Assembly (NCBI GenBank): GCA_963835065.1
Contig: CAWIEK010000063.1
Coordinates: 205,296 to 269,295 of the forward strand
Direction of reading: 5' to 3'
DNA: 64,000 nt
Source: an uncultured Chthonomonadaceae bacterium
GTDB taxonomy: Bacteria; Armatimonadota; Chthonomonadetes; Chthonomonadales; Chthonomonadaceae
Below the pieces are notes generated by a model. The model was not told the DNA's origin, made no database searches, and was given only the letters and a program-made list of their open reading frames with translations. A program made the position numbers and the translations under genes. Within the stretch, counting starts at the first letter, position 1; each line of letters opens with the position of its first letter. Below, one piece after another: positions 1-10,649 of the stretch.

Positions 1-14
1 CAGATTGGAAGTTT

Positions 15-1521
15 CTACCACAACTCTATCTTCTCCAAAGACGCAGTTGCAAGCACAGACGTAGCCGCCACCGCTTCCTGCCAATCCCCGCCCGCATAAA
101 ACGCCAGGTTCAGCGCGTCCATATCGTCCGGCGAACGGCCCAACCGCTTTTTTGTGTCCGCTTTCGGTTCCACGACCCGCCGCCCCTGCGCATCCACCTT
201 CCACGTCGGAGCCATCGCCTGCGCCCGCAGCAGATTGCGCGACGCTTCGCTCAGGCGCGACAAATCCAGCCGTCCTTCCGCCGCCCGCCCGCTTGCGGCA
301 AACCACAATTCCGTGCGCGTGTTCGGAAAACGCTCCTCTTCCAAGGCCCGGCTGCTGCTGTTCACGCCCACAAACGTAAACCCTTCCGCAAGGTCAACCA
401 CCGCGCCCTGCACGTCGTCAATACGGCACGTCACGGTTTGCGGGTCTTCCTGCGGCAGCGCGTACGTTCGGCACAACTGCTTCAAGCGCCCCGCAATCTG
501 CCTGTTGTCCCAGCCGTTATGCGTTTCGTGCCACAGCGCGCAATTGCCCCGCCGCGCCACGATGCTCGTAAAATCATCCCCGAACCGCGCCTTATCGCAC
601 CCGATTTGCAGCCGTTCGCCCTCCATCACCTTCTGCGGTTCCAGACATGCCAGCCACAATCCTTCCGTCCACACGCTCACGCTCCCCTGCGTGGGCCACA
701 ATCCCAGCACCCGGCTTTCAAACAGCGGGCCGGGACGATGCCATTTCCCGCTCCCGCTCGGAAACTCGAAATCCTGCGCCTGACGGTCTTCTGTCAATAC
801 AGCCGTACACCATTCCGCGATCCGCCCCTGCACCCATTCCAGCCGAACGGCGCGGGGAAACGGCGCAGGCTTGCCTTCCAGCTCCGCCGCGATATTCGGA
901 TGCTCCAAAGCCGAAATCTCCATCACATGCCACTTCTGCGTGTTCTGGCACTCCTCATACGCGCGGCTCGCCGCGTCCGTCGGGTTCAAAATCACCAGCC
1001 AGTAGCACTCCACACCCGTCATCATGCCTTCCGCCGCATCCCAGAACGCGCTGTCTACGCCCGTCGCCTCATCAAACACGATCAGCACATGCTCCGCATG
1101 GCAGCCCTGAAAGCCGCTGTCATCCCGCGCCGTATACCCGATGGCGAAATGTTCCGGGCTTGTCTCCATCCGGCAGGCGCGCGGCAGCAAAACGCCCCGC
1201 TGTGATGCGGGGCGCTGGGAGCGTATCTCCTTCCACAAAATATCCTGCACCTGCCGCGCTGTCGGCGCAGTGGTAATGCACAAGCCCGGATCAAAGCAGT
1301 CAAAAAACCAGTTGACCAGTCCACCCGCCAGAAACGATTTTCCGACGCTGTGACTGGCCTTCACGAACACCCGCTTATGCTGCATCAGCGCCCGCGCCAC
1401 CTCCACCTGCTTGTCCCACCACCTGTACGCCCAGCACCTCCTGCGCGTACCTCACAGGATCATTGCGATACCGCGCCAATGCCGCGCTGTCCTTCCCCGT
1501 TGCTTTCTCACCACCCTTCAT
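15..1521 (-). CDS. Phage terminase large subunit (one frameshift near 1422)
   Basis: Walker A ASHSVGKS, Walker B LIVFDEA, nuclease motifs IGCDKARFGDD and SPDDMDAL. The upstream frame MKGGEK...RYRNDPVRYAQEVLGVQ joins WWDKQVEVARAL if one G is removed. Confidence 0.8.
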
Positions 1522-1808
1522 TTCCTCACCTCAATCAGTAATCGGCAATCAATTCCTTGTGAGCAGAATACCGCGCGCCCACACGGTACATTCTCGTTTG
1601 TCTGCTGTTTTAGAAGGTCGGGTTGGAGAAATTTGGAAGTTTTTTGAAACTATTTTTGAGGTAGCCTTTGCCGGAGATTTTCTCCTTGGTAAGACAACGC
1701 AAGGCCGGGTGTTTTCAACACCCGGTAGGAAAAAACAAGCGTCTTGCAGACACGGGATTGTGCAATGTTCAAGTGGGCTGTCTATAGTATGACGAGGGGT
1801 GGAGTAGT

Positions 1809-2672
1809 TTACGGCAAGCCAAGCAACTCCGTCCAGCTTTCCACATCTATAATGCGGTCTGCGAGATCTTCGAGCGTTTCCAGCGTCGTGATTCCCGCCA
1901 GGGTTGATTGCACCGCTTCGGAAGGCGGCCCAAAGCGTTTGCCGCCCTGTCGCAGCAGCAGGCGGCGCGCTTCTTCTGCGCGTCCTTCCTGCCGTCCTTC
2001 CTGCCGTCCTTCTTCCACGATTGCTTGATACGTGACAGATTCTTTCATGTTCATTACTCCTTGTAACAGTTGCTGCGTGAACGCGGCCTCATAGCGCAAG
2101 CCCATCAGCACATTTGTTGCTGTCCACAACTTGCCCGCTTGTTCGGGCGTGGCCTCGGCATCTATGCGCGTCTTCATCCGCTCAATAACAGCAGGCAGCT
2201 CTTCCTCCGTAACATTGGAAAGCGGCGCAAGCGGCAATGTTCCCAACCCGCCTGCCAAAACCTCTTCTACCGGCTTTTCCCACACGCGCACCACCTGATA
2301 CCGGAACTCCAGGTACACGCCCGTATCCGGCAAGCGGTACTGCAATATGCCTGTGATACTGCTTCTGTCCGCGTCCTCACTCAGCAGCAAAACCGCACTC
2401 CGAACCGGCAGTTTATGGCGGACATGCAGCACCACGCTGTAGTGCAAAGTACGTTCCGGCAAGGTGGGATCGTGCCGGCTTTGAAACTCTATATGCAGCA
2501 GCGAAGGCGCAGCGCCCATGATGCGCAGAACCTTGTCGGCTGCCAGCGAGATTGTAGACAGTTCCGCTTCCACAACCTCCACTTCCTCCAGCGGCAGGCC
2601 AATATACGGCAGCCAATCCGAAGGACGCAGTTGCACAAGGTCTTTCGTCGTCGCATCGTACTTTTTCGTCAT
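1809..2672 (-). CDS. Rpn-family PD-(D/E)xK nuclease / putative transposase with DUF4351-like C-terminus
   Basis: AADKVL...LLHIEFQS motif; C-terminal ESVTYQAIVEEGRQEGRQEGRAEE repeats and LEDLADRIID tail. Confidence 0.75.
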   Translation of the reverse strand: MTKKYDATTKDLVQLRPSDWLPYIGLPLEEVEVVEAELSTISLAADKVLRIMGAAPSLLHIEFQSRHDPTLPERTLHYSVVLHVRHKLPVRSAVLLLSEDADRSSITGILQYRLPDTGVYLEFRYQVVRVWEKPVEEVLAGGLGTLPLAPLSNVTEEELPAVIERMKTRIDAEATPEQAGKLWTATNVLMGLRYEAAFTQQLLQGVMNMKESVTYQAIVEEGRQEGRQEGRAEEARRLLLRQGGKRFGPPSEAVQSTLAGITTLETLEDLADRIIDVESWTELLGLP

Positions 2673-2726
2673 ATATCCTTTTGCCTTTCGAGGGAACCAC
2701 GTACAGTCTAAACACGCGAACACATC

Positions 2727-2805
2727 GTAGAGGTTCTGCTTGCTGAACCCACCTTAAAACGGGCGCAAGCAGCGCAAATCAAGGCGCAGCAAGCAGCGCC
2801 CCTAC
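2727..2805. repeat. Inverted pair of GTAG-type REP-like palindromes
   Basis: GTAGAGGTTCTGCTTGCTGAACCC ... GGCGCAGCAAGCAGCGCCCCTAC. Confidence 0.6.
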
Positions 2806-2829
2806 ATAAAGGCTTTATCTTGACAGGTA

Positions 2830-3813
2830 TCAGTCTTTAGCCCAGAACATCGCGCCGGGTTTTTCCTTGACGACGGCGATTTCCAGCGTTTGCAGGGCTT
2901 TGGTCAGGCCCTCTTTGGTACTCATCATGCCGTCTTCATGCTCGATGGACAGCACCCAATCGTAGCCGGTCATTTTCAGCGTGGTCACGAAATCGTTCCA
3001 CCATTCCTGCGAATGTCCGTAGCCGACCGAGCGGAACACCCAACTCCGCTCCGCAATCGCGCCGTAGCTTTTCACGTCCAGGTTGCCGTTGATGCCCGAA
3101 TTGATGGTGTCAATGCGCGTGTCTTTGGCGTGTACGTGGAAAATCGCGTTTTTGGAGCCGAGGTAGCGGATGGCGGCAAGCGGGTCAATGCCCTGCCACC
3201 AGAAGTGCGACGGGTCGAAGTTGCAGCCGATGTTTTCGCCCGCCGCTTCCCGCAATTTAATCACCGTTTCCGGGTTGTAGACGACAAAGCCGGGATGCGC
3301 TTCAATGGCGAATTTGACCTTATGCTCCTGCAAAAACTTGTTCTGCTCCGTCCAGTAGGGAATGGCGACCTCGTTCCACTGGTATTCCAGAATGTCGCGG
3401 AACTCGTCAGGCCAGGGGCAAGTCACCCAGTTCGGGTTTTGCCCGCCCGGGCCGGAAGGACAGCCGCTGAAGCCGTTGACCACGCCGATGCCCAGTTTTT
3501 CCGCCAGCAGCACCGCGTTGCGAAACGCCGTGTGGTGTTCCTGCGCAATGGTTTTGTTCGGGTGGATGGGGTTGCCATGCACGGAAATAGCCGTCAGTTC
3601 CAGCCCCCGGCTGTCGAGCATCTGCTGAAGCTGCTTGCGCTTGCCCTCGTCGTTGATCAGGGCTTCCGGCCCGCCCACATCCTGCAAGTGCTTATCGCCG
3701 GGATACGCGCCCCCGCCGAACTCGACGGCCTGAATGCCCGCGCCCGCAATGTAGTCCAGCGCCTCTTCGATAGGCCGGTCATGGAACAAAGCCGTAAAAA
3801 TACCGATTTTCAT
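2830..3813 (-). CDS. Sugar phosphate isomerase/epimerase (xylose isomerase-like TIM barrel)
   Basis: AIEAHPG, NFDPSHFWWQGIDP, HVHAKD and SIEHED motifs; AAGGAG RBS before MKIGIF. Confidence 0.85.
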   Translation of the reverse strand: MKIGIFTALFHDRPIEEALDYIAGAGIQAVEFGGGAYPGDKHLQDVGGPEALINDEGKRKQLQQMLDSRGLELTAISVHGNPIHPNKTIAQEHHTAFRNAVLLAEKLGIGVVNGFSGCPSGPGGQNPNWVTCPWPDEFRDILEYQWNEVAIPYWTEQNKFLQEHKVKFAIEAHPGFVVYNPETVIKLREAAGENIGCNFDPSHFWWQGIDPLAAIRYLGSKNAIFHVHAKDTRIDTINSGINGNLDVKSYGAIAERSWVFRSVGYGHSQEWWNDFVTTLKMTGYDWVLSIEHEDGMMSTKEGLTKALQTLEIAVVKEKPGAMFWAKD

Positions 3814-3830
3814 CAATGTCTCCTTTGTCA

Positions 3831-5219
3831 TTACTTCGTCGCCACTTTCGGCGGCGCTTTTTTCGCCAGCGCCGCTTCCGTGTACTTGCAGCCGGCGTTC
3901 CACAGCAGAAACTCGTGGATGCCGAGTTCATGGAGCGCCTTGATTTGCGCTTTCACTTCCGTTGGGCCGTAGTGGGGCGGGCCGAGCGTGAAGTCCTGTA
4001 TCCAAGGACGCAGTTTGCAGGTCGGTACGCTGCCAATCAGGTCTTTGGCGTCACCGACAGATTTGAGGATGATTTTGTAGGGTTCCGCGTTGGGGTTGGC
4101 GATGCCGAATTCGCCGTGCGCGTAGTGCGAGGGGTACGTCATGGGGCACATATAATCCACATGGGTCGCCATCTGGCTGAACAGCTGGCCGATGCCCATG
4201 TCTTTGGCAATCTTATCATCCTTGACACTCTTGCCTGCCATGCTCTTGCTCGTGGCGGATGCGGCAGTCAGCGTAGTTTTGCCGTTTGCAGGCTGCCCCG
4301 CCGGTTTCGGCGTTGACATCCCTGACGCGCCCGGCGCAGCATTGCCCATCTTTGCGCTTGCCCCATTCGCGTTTGCCGTTTGCGGCGTGTCTTCGCCGTG
4401 CAGGCGTCGGAAGCGGCGTTCCACTGTCGGGGTCAGGCCGAACACGTCGGCGGAGAAATACGCGCCATGCGCCCGTATCTTCTCCCCCGCGTATTTCAGG
4501 AAAGCGTTGATCTGGTCAATGCGCAGCGAACCGGGAGGCTTGCCGGGATATTGCAGCGTGGAGATTTTGCCCTCGCTTGGAAACCGGACGTAATCGAACT
4601 GTATCTCCTTGAAGCCGTGCTTGATGGCGTCCAGCGCCACATCCACGTTGTAATCCCATACCTCCTTTTTATAAGGGTTCAGCCAGTAGTGGCGTGAGCG
4701 GTCGTGCCATACCTGGCCGTCCGGCCCATGCACCGCCAGGTCCGGGTGGGATTTGGCAAGCGGCGTGTCGCGCATACAGGCAATACGGGCAATCGGCCAG
4801 ATGTGGTGCTGATTGAGTGTGGCAATTACCGTATCCACTTTGTACATTCTGCGGGACGCATGGGAGGATATGGCAAGCGGAACATCCGCGTCGTAACTGA
4901 GTTCGCCGTCATCCTTGACATCAATGACCATCGCGTTGAGTTCCGTCCGATCCACCATGCCGCACAGCGCATTAAGACGGTTGTGCAGTCCCGCCGTCCA
5001 GCCGGTCAGATAAATGCCGCGAACGCCGCCTTCGGGCAGGGGCGGGAGCGGAATCGCGGCAGGGGCAGCGGCAGCCATTTTCCCGGCAGGTTTCTGCGCG
5101 GCAGGCGTGGTAGCAGCCGTGTTGCTAGTGGAACGGTGACAGCCGCTCGACAGCAGCATCGCGCCCAGCAAAGCAAAAGTGCGGCTTAACAGAAGGGAGT
5201 TCGGCAGCGCGCCGCTCAT
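3831..5219 (-). CDS. Putative glycoside hydrolase (DUF4015-like) lipoprotein
   Basis: Lipobox LLSSGC; RGIYLT, NAMVIDVKDDG, EIQFDYVRFP, PMTYPSHY and RPWIQDF motifs. Confidence 0.75.
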   Translation of the reverse strand: MSGALPNSLLLSRTFALLGAMLLSSGCHRSTSNTAATTPAAQKPAGKMAAAAPAAIPLPPLPEGGVRGIYLTGWTAGLHNRLNALCGMVDRTELNAMVIDVKDDGELSYDADVPLAISSHASRRMYKVDTVIATLNQHHIWPIARIACMRDTPLAKSHPDLAVHGPDGQVWHDRSRHYWLNPYKKEVWDYNVDVALDAIKHGFKEIQFDYVRFPSEGKISTLQYPGKPPGSLRIDQINAFLKYAGEKIRAHGAYFSADVFGLTPTVERRFRRLHGEDTPQTANANGASAKMGNAAPGASGMSTPKPAGQPANGKTTLTAASATSKSMAGKSVKDDKIAKDMGIGQLFSQMATHVDYMCPMTYPSHYAHGEFGIANPNAEPYKIILKSVGDAKDLIGSVPTCKLRPWIQDFTLGPPHYGPTEVKAQIKALHELGIHEFLLWNAGCKYTEAALAKKAPPKVATK

Positions 5220-5580
5220 TGGGCTGCGTCGCTGAAAAGTACGTCGCTGAAAAGAAGGCACATATTTCGGCATGGTTTGATTACAAACTTTCTGCGCCCG
5301 GATTGCGTCAAGAGCGCATCAATAGGAGTGAAAAGGGCGGATTGCGCGGCGCGGGGGAACACGTCAGACATAGAAACCCCTGCGCCTTTGCGGTATATTT
5401 CGGGGAAAGCCGCGCATATTCCTTTGCTTTTATGGAGGATACGTTTTCGAATTTAAGGCAGTCGCCTGAGCCGGAAATTGAAATCAACATAAGCGAACAG
5501 TGAAAATTCATTTTTTATGACAGTCAGAGAGCAAGCAGAAACGGCGGCAAAAATAATTTTGTAAATGGGACAAAAATGGC

Positions 5581-5609
5581 TTGACAGAATCAGCAAGGTA
5601 TGTTATTGT
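5581..5609 (+). promoter_or_regulatory. Possible sigma70 promoter of the Rhs gene
   Basis: TTGACA-17 nt-TATTGT with TG extension. Confidence 0.45.
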
Positions 5610-5668
5610 GTAGAAGCCTGCTGGAAATACCGTATACTTTGTTCCTATTCTCAAGAGGACACACTCTG

Positions 5669-8600
5669 ATGCCGGACAACTCTTCGCGTGATCGCTCTGC
5701 CGGTACTGGTTCTGCTAAACACGTAGACAAAAGTACCCCCCCCGAATTTTCTTCTCCTGCGGACGCCGCTTCGGGAACGGCTGACAACCCGGAAGTTAAC
5801 GCTTCGCGCCGCTCGTTCCTGAAAGGGCTGGCGTCGCTTGGAACCGGCTTGGCTGCTTCCACACTGCTGCCCGCTTCTTCCGACGCGCAGTTTGGCGGCG
5901 GCGGGGGAGGAGGCGTACCCGTTGCGCCGGGTTCTCCTAAATCGTGGCAGGCGAGTGTGGGTCTCTATGGCGGCAACTTCTGCCTGAGCGCCGGCAACAC
6001 GCAGTTGAGTTTGCCTGTGTGCGGCTGGGGCGGACTTGGGCGGCGGCATTTCCTTTGCCCTGACCTTCAACAGCCAGAGCAGCCGAACCAGCACCGTCGG
6101 ACCCAAGTGGACGCACAGCTACAACATGTTTCTCACCGGCACATCTCCTGTTGTGCTTGTCGAGGGGGATGGAACCGAAACCGCGTATGCGGTGAGCGGA
6201 ACCACGTATACGCCGCCTGCCGGGTGCTATGACAGCCTTGTTCAGAACGGTAACGGAAGCTGGACGCTGACGCGCAAGGGTGGCGTAAAGCTCAACTTCA
6301 CGGCTGCGGGCGTATTGAGCAGCATTGTGGACACCAACGGCCTGACGACTACTTTGACGTACACGGGTGGACTGTTGACAACCGTGACCGACCCTGCCAG
6401 CCGAACCCTGACGCTTGGGTATACGAGCGGACAGTTGACAACCGTGACGGACTGCCAGAGCAAGACCTACACGCTCGGCTACACAAGCGGCAAACTGACC
6501 AGTCTGACCACACCGCCTTTGTCCGGGCAAACGTACAATCAACAGATGACCTACGACAGCAACAACAACGTCGCCTCGCTTTCAGATCGTCTTAGGCCGC
6601 ACATGGGGCTATGCGTACTCCGGCAACGTCCTGAGCAGCACCACGCTGCCCGGCGGCGGCGGCGGCGGCTACATGCACATCGTTTCCGGCACGTTCGGTG
6701 GCTCCCCCTGGCCTGCCACTGCCACCAACTTCAGCCACTGGCACGACGCCAACGGCAACATCACGCAGTACGGCATGGACAACTTAGGGCGCATCGTGGG
6801 CGTCGTGGACGCCAACAGCAACATGAGCGTGTTCACGTATGACAACAGCCACAACCGCACGGCAACCCAACTCCCCTCCGGCAAAACGTTCAACTCCACC
6901 TTCGACACGCTATGGCAATGAACTGGTGTCACAAGACCCGCTCGGACACCAGACGGTCAAGACAGTAGACGGGCCAAGCGGCAGATTGCTCACCAGTACG
7001 GACGCATTGAGCCATGTGACGAACTATGGCTACGACACGCATGGCAACCTGACCAGTGTTCAGGACGGAAACGGACATACCACAAGCTACGGCGTCAACA
7101 CGCTTGGACAGCAAACGAGTTTGACGGATGGGGAAAGCCGAACGTGGCTGACGGGCTACGATGCCAATGGCTTTCCCAACAGCTCTACGGATCCCCTCAG
7201 CCATGTGACCTCGTGGGTCAACAACAGCCTGGGACAGCAGACACAGCGAACCGATCCCCTGAGCCGCGTCACCAACTACACCCTTGATGATTGGGGCAGA
7301 ACAACGGCAGTAGCGTACCCCACGAGCGGCAACACGGGACTTGGCTTCGTGTACAATGCAGCCGGGCAGTTGACGCAAAGCAGCGATGTGACGGGTATTC
7401 GCAACTACGGCTACAACACGCTCGGCCAGCGAACGAGCATGACCGATCCACGCGGCAACACAGCAGCCACGTATGACCCGCTTGGCAACCTACTGACACA
7501 AACCGATGTGAGCAGCAGGCAGGTGAGCAACACCCTCAACAGCCTCTACCAACTCGCCTCCGTGTTGGACGGCAACGACAGCGCCCATGCTGACTACGCC
7601 TACAACGTGGATGGGCTTGTCAGCACAATAACCTACCCCAACGGCACACAAACCACGTATGGCTACGATGGCGCAAACCGCCTCACCAGCCTCAGCCACA
7701 AAGTGGTGGCAACGAACACGGTTCTGGTCAGCTATGCCGCCACGTATGATGCTGCCAACCGGCTGACGAGCATCACGGAGCAGCCAAGCGGGGACGTAAC
7801 CACGTTCAGCTATGACAATGCCAACAACCTTCCTTAGCGAAGTCAGGACAGGCACAAAGCCCTACAGTGGCACGTACACGTATGACAACAGCAACCGGCG
7901 CAAGACGGCTCTTGTCGTCACCAACGGAGTAACCACGCACAACGGCGCGTACACCTACGACGGAGCCGGAAGGTTGACGCAGGTGGTGGACAGCGCCACC
8001 AGCCTGACAGAGTTGTACACGTGGAACAACGACGGAACGCTGGCAAGCGCGCCGGGAAGCGGGTACACGAAGCTGTTCCAGTATGATGAAGAGCAGCATC
8101 TCACCCGCATCCAGCACAACACCGGCAGGAACCATCACAACCGCTTACGACTACGGCTATGCGGCGGATGGCGGCAGGCGATGGAGGAAAGACTATGCCA
8201 ACAACGTGTGGACATGGTATCCCTGTGGCGTGGCCTGCAACGCGGGAGAACTCGTGGAGCAAACAAGCGACCTGACAGGCGCAACGTGGACAACAAGCGC
8301 CCTGTACTTGAAGGCGGGAAGTGGATGCGGCACAGGCATTGTTCGCCGCAACAGTGAATACCATCACGCAGGCATTGGCGGCAACATCAATCTGGTGAGC
8401 GGAGCCGGCGCGGCTGTGCTTGCCACGCGCATTTCCAACGCTTTTGGCGTACAGCAGTATGCCAGTGGCAGCGCGCAGACACCCTGGATTACCAACGCGG
8501 TTTCTGCGGACGCAGAGGGACTGCAACTGCGCGCAAACTGCCTGCTGGTTGCGGAACGCGCTCTCAGTGTTTCTGCTGTTTGCCAGGTAGTTACTCCCGT

Positions 8601-8868
8601 TATACCGGAAGAGGACAAAACCTGTGAGCAATTGGGCTTGCCCGAAGGCACTGGTTACAAAAAGTGGCGAGACTGTACGGGAAAACGACTGACAGATTGC
8701 GAGGGACCTTGTGGCATTGCAGGAGGAAAAGTAAAAAAATGCTGTGAGGTTCAGACTGCCCCGATTCATGGGACAGATAAAACTATCCATCAGTCGCATT
8801 GTGAATGTGAAGGTGTGCCAGTTCGCATTCCCGGCCAACCTACGCCCACGCCTGTTGCAGCTGTCTGA
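5669..8868 (+). CDS. Rhs/YD-repeat protein with Tat signal peptide and Cys-rich C-terminal domain (split over about 6 ORFs by frameshifts)
   Basis: SRRSFLK twin-arginine motif plus hydrophobic stretch; DUF6531-like GPKWTHSYN; many YD repeats (YDSNNN, YDTHGNL, YDAANRL); contiguous ORFs 5600-6232, 6036-6842, 6673-6921, 6839-7837, 7812-8357, 8083-8868. Confidence 0.8.
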
Positions 8869-8879
8869 GGAGAATCATC

Positions 8880-10073
8880 ATGGTCAAACAAGGCCTAGCA
8901 GCGCTTTGCCTGTTGCTTCTGGCAGTAGCATGGTGTCAGGCAGAAGCGCAGGCAGATACCAGCCATCAGCGAAATATTCCCCTGCACAACGTGCTGGCAA
9001 CCGCGAAGTCCCTAGCGTTCACCGCCAAGCTGACGTATAGCAGTTATGGAGCGCCTTCAAACGTACGCAAACAGGGGCCAACCTTCCTGGTCAAAGTCCG
9101 CAAGCCCGACTGCCTGCGCATAGAGGAGCGTCTGGAGGACCTTCGCCACGCAAAGGGCAACTTTATTGTTGTTCCTTACGACGCTCTGATCACAAATGGC
9201 AAGTCGCAAATTGATCAGAACTTAACCTCAAAGAAGTACACACTACGCCCACCAGCCAGATCATTGGCTGAGGTGCAAAGTGAAGAAGGCATTGATTCCC
9301 TCGTCTGCTGTAGCCTTCTGTTCGCGCCTGACATGCTGCGCACTACCAGTGCGAAATATGAAGGAGAGGAGGTAATTGAGGGACAGAAAGTGGCCGTATA
9401 CCGCGCGCCGCCCCCACAGATCGGCCACGCGCAGTATGTACTTTACCTCGATCCCGAAAGCGGCTTGCCGCGCCGCATCTCACTGTTCGACAAAGACGCA
9501 GACGGGCATATCTTCGAGTGGGAGCGCACAGACTTTAGTGACTGGCAGCTCAATCCAAACCTGCCGGACGCCTTGTTCGACACCACGCCGCCCGCTGACT
9601 TCCACTTGGATCCACCGGATGAACCCGCCTATGATGCCAAGTGGAAAGCGGGCATGATGCCTACACCCTTACGCGCTTCCACTTTAGGGGGCAAGCCGCT
9701 GACGTTGGACACGTACAAGGGCAAAGTGCTGCTGGTGGACTATTGGGCGTCGTGGTGCGGGCCGTGTCTTGGGGAAATACCCGATGTATTGGCGATGTAC
9801 CTGAAACTGCACAAGCAAGGCTTCGACATCATCGGCATCTCACTTGACAAACCAGACCAACGCGCCCAACTGCACGAGTACCTCAATCGAAAACAACTGC
9901 CCTGGCCGCAGGTCTGCGACTATAAAGGCTTTAACAGTCCGCTTGCCGCTGCGTATCAGGTAAACGCCATTCCGTTCAACGTGCTGATTGGGCGCGACGG
10001 CAAGATTGCGGGCATCAACCTGCATGGCGACGAACTCAAGCAGGCCGTGCAGAAAGCGTTAGGCAGCAAATAG
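8880..10073 (+). CDS. Secreted LolA/DUF2092-like domain fused to TlpA-type thioredoxin
   Basis: Signal peptide; LYLDPESGLPRRI...FSDWQLNPNLPDALF; GKVLLVDYWASWCGPC; IPFNVLIGRDGKI. Confidence 0.85.
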   Translation: MVKQGLAALCLLLLAVAWCQAEAQADTSHQRNIPLHNVLATAKSLAFTAKLTYSSYGAPSNVRKQGPTFLVKVRKPDCLRIEERLEDLRHAKGNFIVVPYDALITNGKSQIDQNLTSKKYTLRPPARSLAEVQSEEGIDSLVCCSLLFAPDMLRTTSAKYEGEEVIEGQKVAVYRAPPPQIGHAQYVLYLDPESGLPRRISLFDKDADGHIFEWERTDFSDWQLNPNLPDALFDTTPPADFHLDPPDEPAYDAKWKAGMMPTPLRASTLGGKPLTLDTYKGKVLLVDYWASWCGPCLGEIPDVLAMYLKLHKQGFDIIGISLDKPDQRAQLHEYLNRKQLPWPQVCDYKGFNSPLAAAYQVNAIPFNVLIGRDGKIAGINLHGDELKQAVQKALGSK

Positions 10074-10172
10074 ACATACATCCCTGCGGCTCGGCTCTTT
10101 GAAACAAAAGTACGGGACGCAGGGATGTTGTTTTACACCGCCCCAAATTGTGAGTCGAATGACGTATCTTGT

Positions 10173-10610
10173 CTAACCCGTAAGAGGGCCGTAGTACAGG
10201 CCGCGCGCCTGCGCCAATTCCTTGCCCTTGTCCAGCAGGGCGAGGCGTTCCGCGCTCGAAAGCGGCTTGTAACTGCGCGCTACTTTGACGGCCTGCCGCA
10301 CCTCGTCCGCGCTGCTGAAGCCCACTACCGCGCAGCACACGCCCTTTACGCCCAGCGAATAGCGAATGGCCTGCGCGTGGTACGCGGCCAGCGTTGCCGG
10401 GATTTTGCCGTCGTACTTCCAGCCCATGCCCCGCCCAGCACCTTCATCGCTACAACCGCCGTGCCGTGCTTTTGCGCGGCGGGCAGCGCCAATCCCTCGA
10501 AATCATACGTGTGCCGATCCGCGAAGTTGAGCGCGTTCATCGTCGGGTCAATGTGGCCGGTTTCAATTGCCTGCGCGAACCGGGGCGGGTGCATGTGCCC
10601 GCTGGTTCCG
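10173..10610 (-). pseudogene. Aldo/keto reductase C-terminal remnant (5' truncated, frameshifted)
   Basis: GTSGHMHP...LALPAAQKHGTAVVAMKVLGG and AIRYSLG...AVVGFSSADEV in two frames; the N-terminal half is absent. Confidence 0.7.
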
Positions 10611-10649
10611 CTGGTTCATGCAAGACACGATGTTTACAAACTGCTGCGC

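Noticed and set aside
1809..2672. Rpn-like gene as an IS element
   Set aside because: No terminal inverted repeats or target duplication seen.
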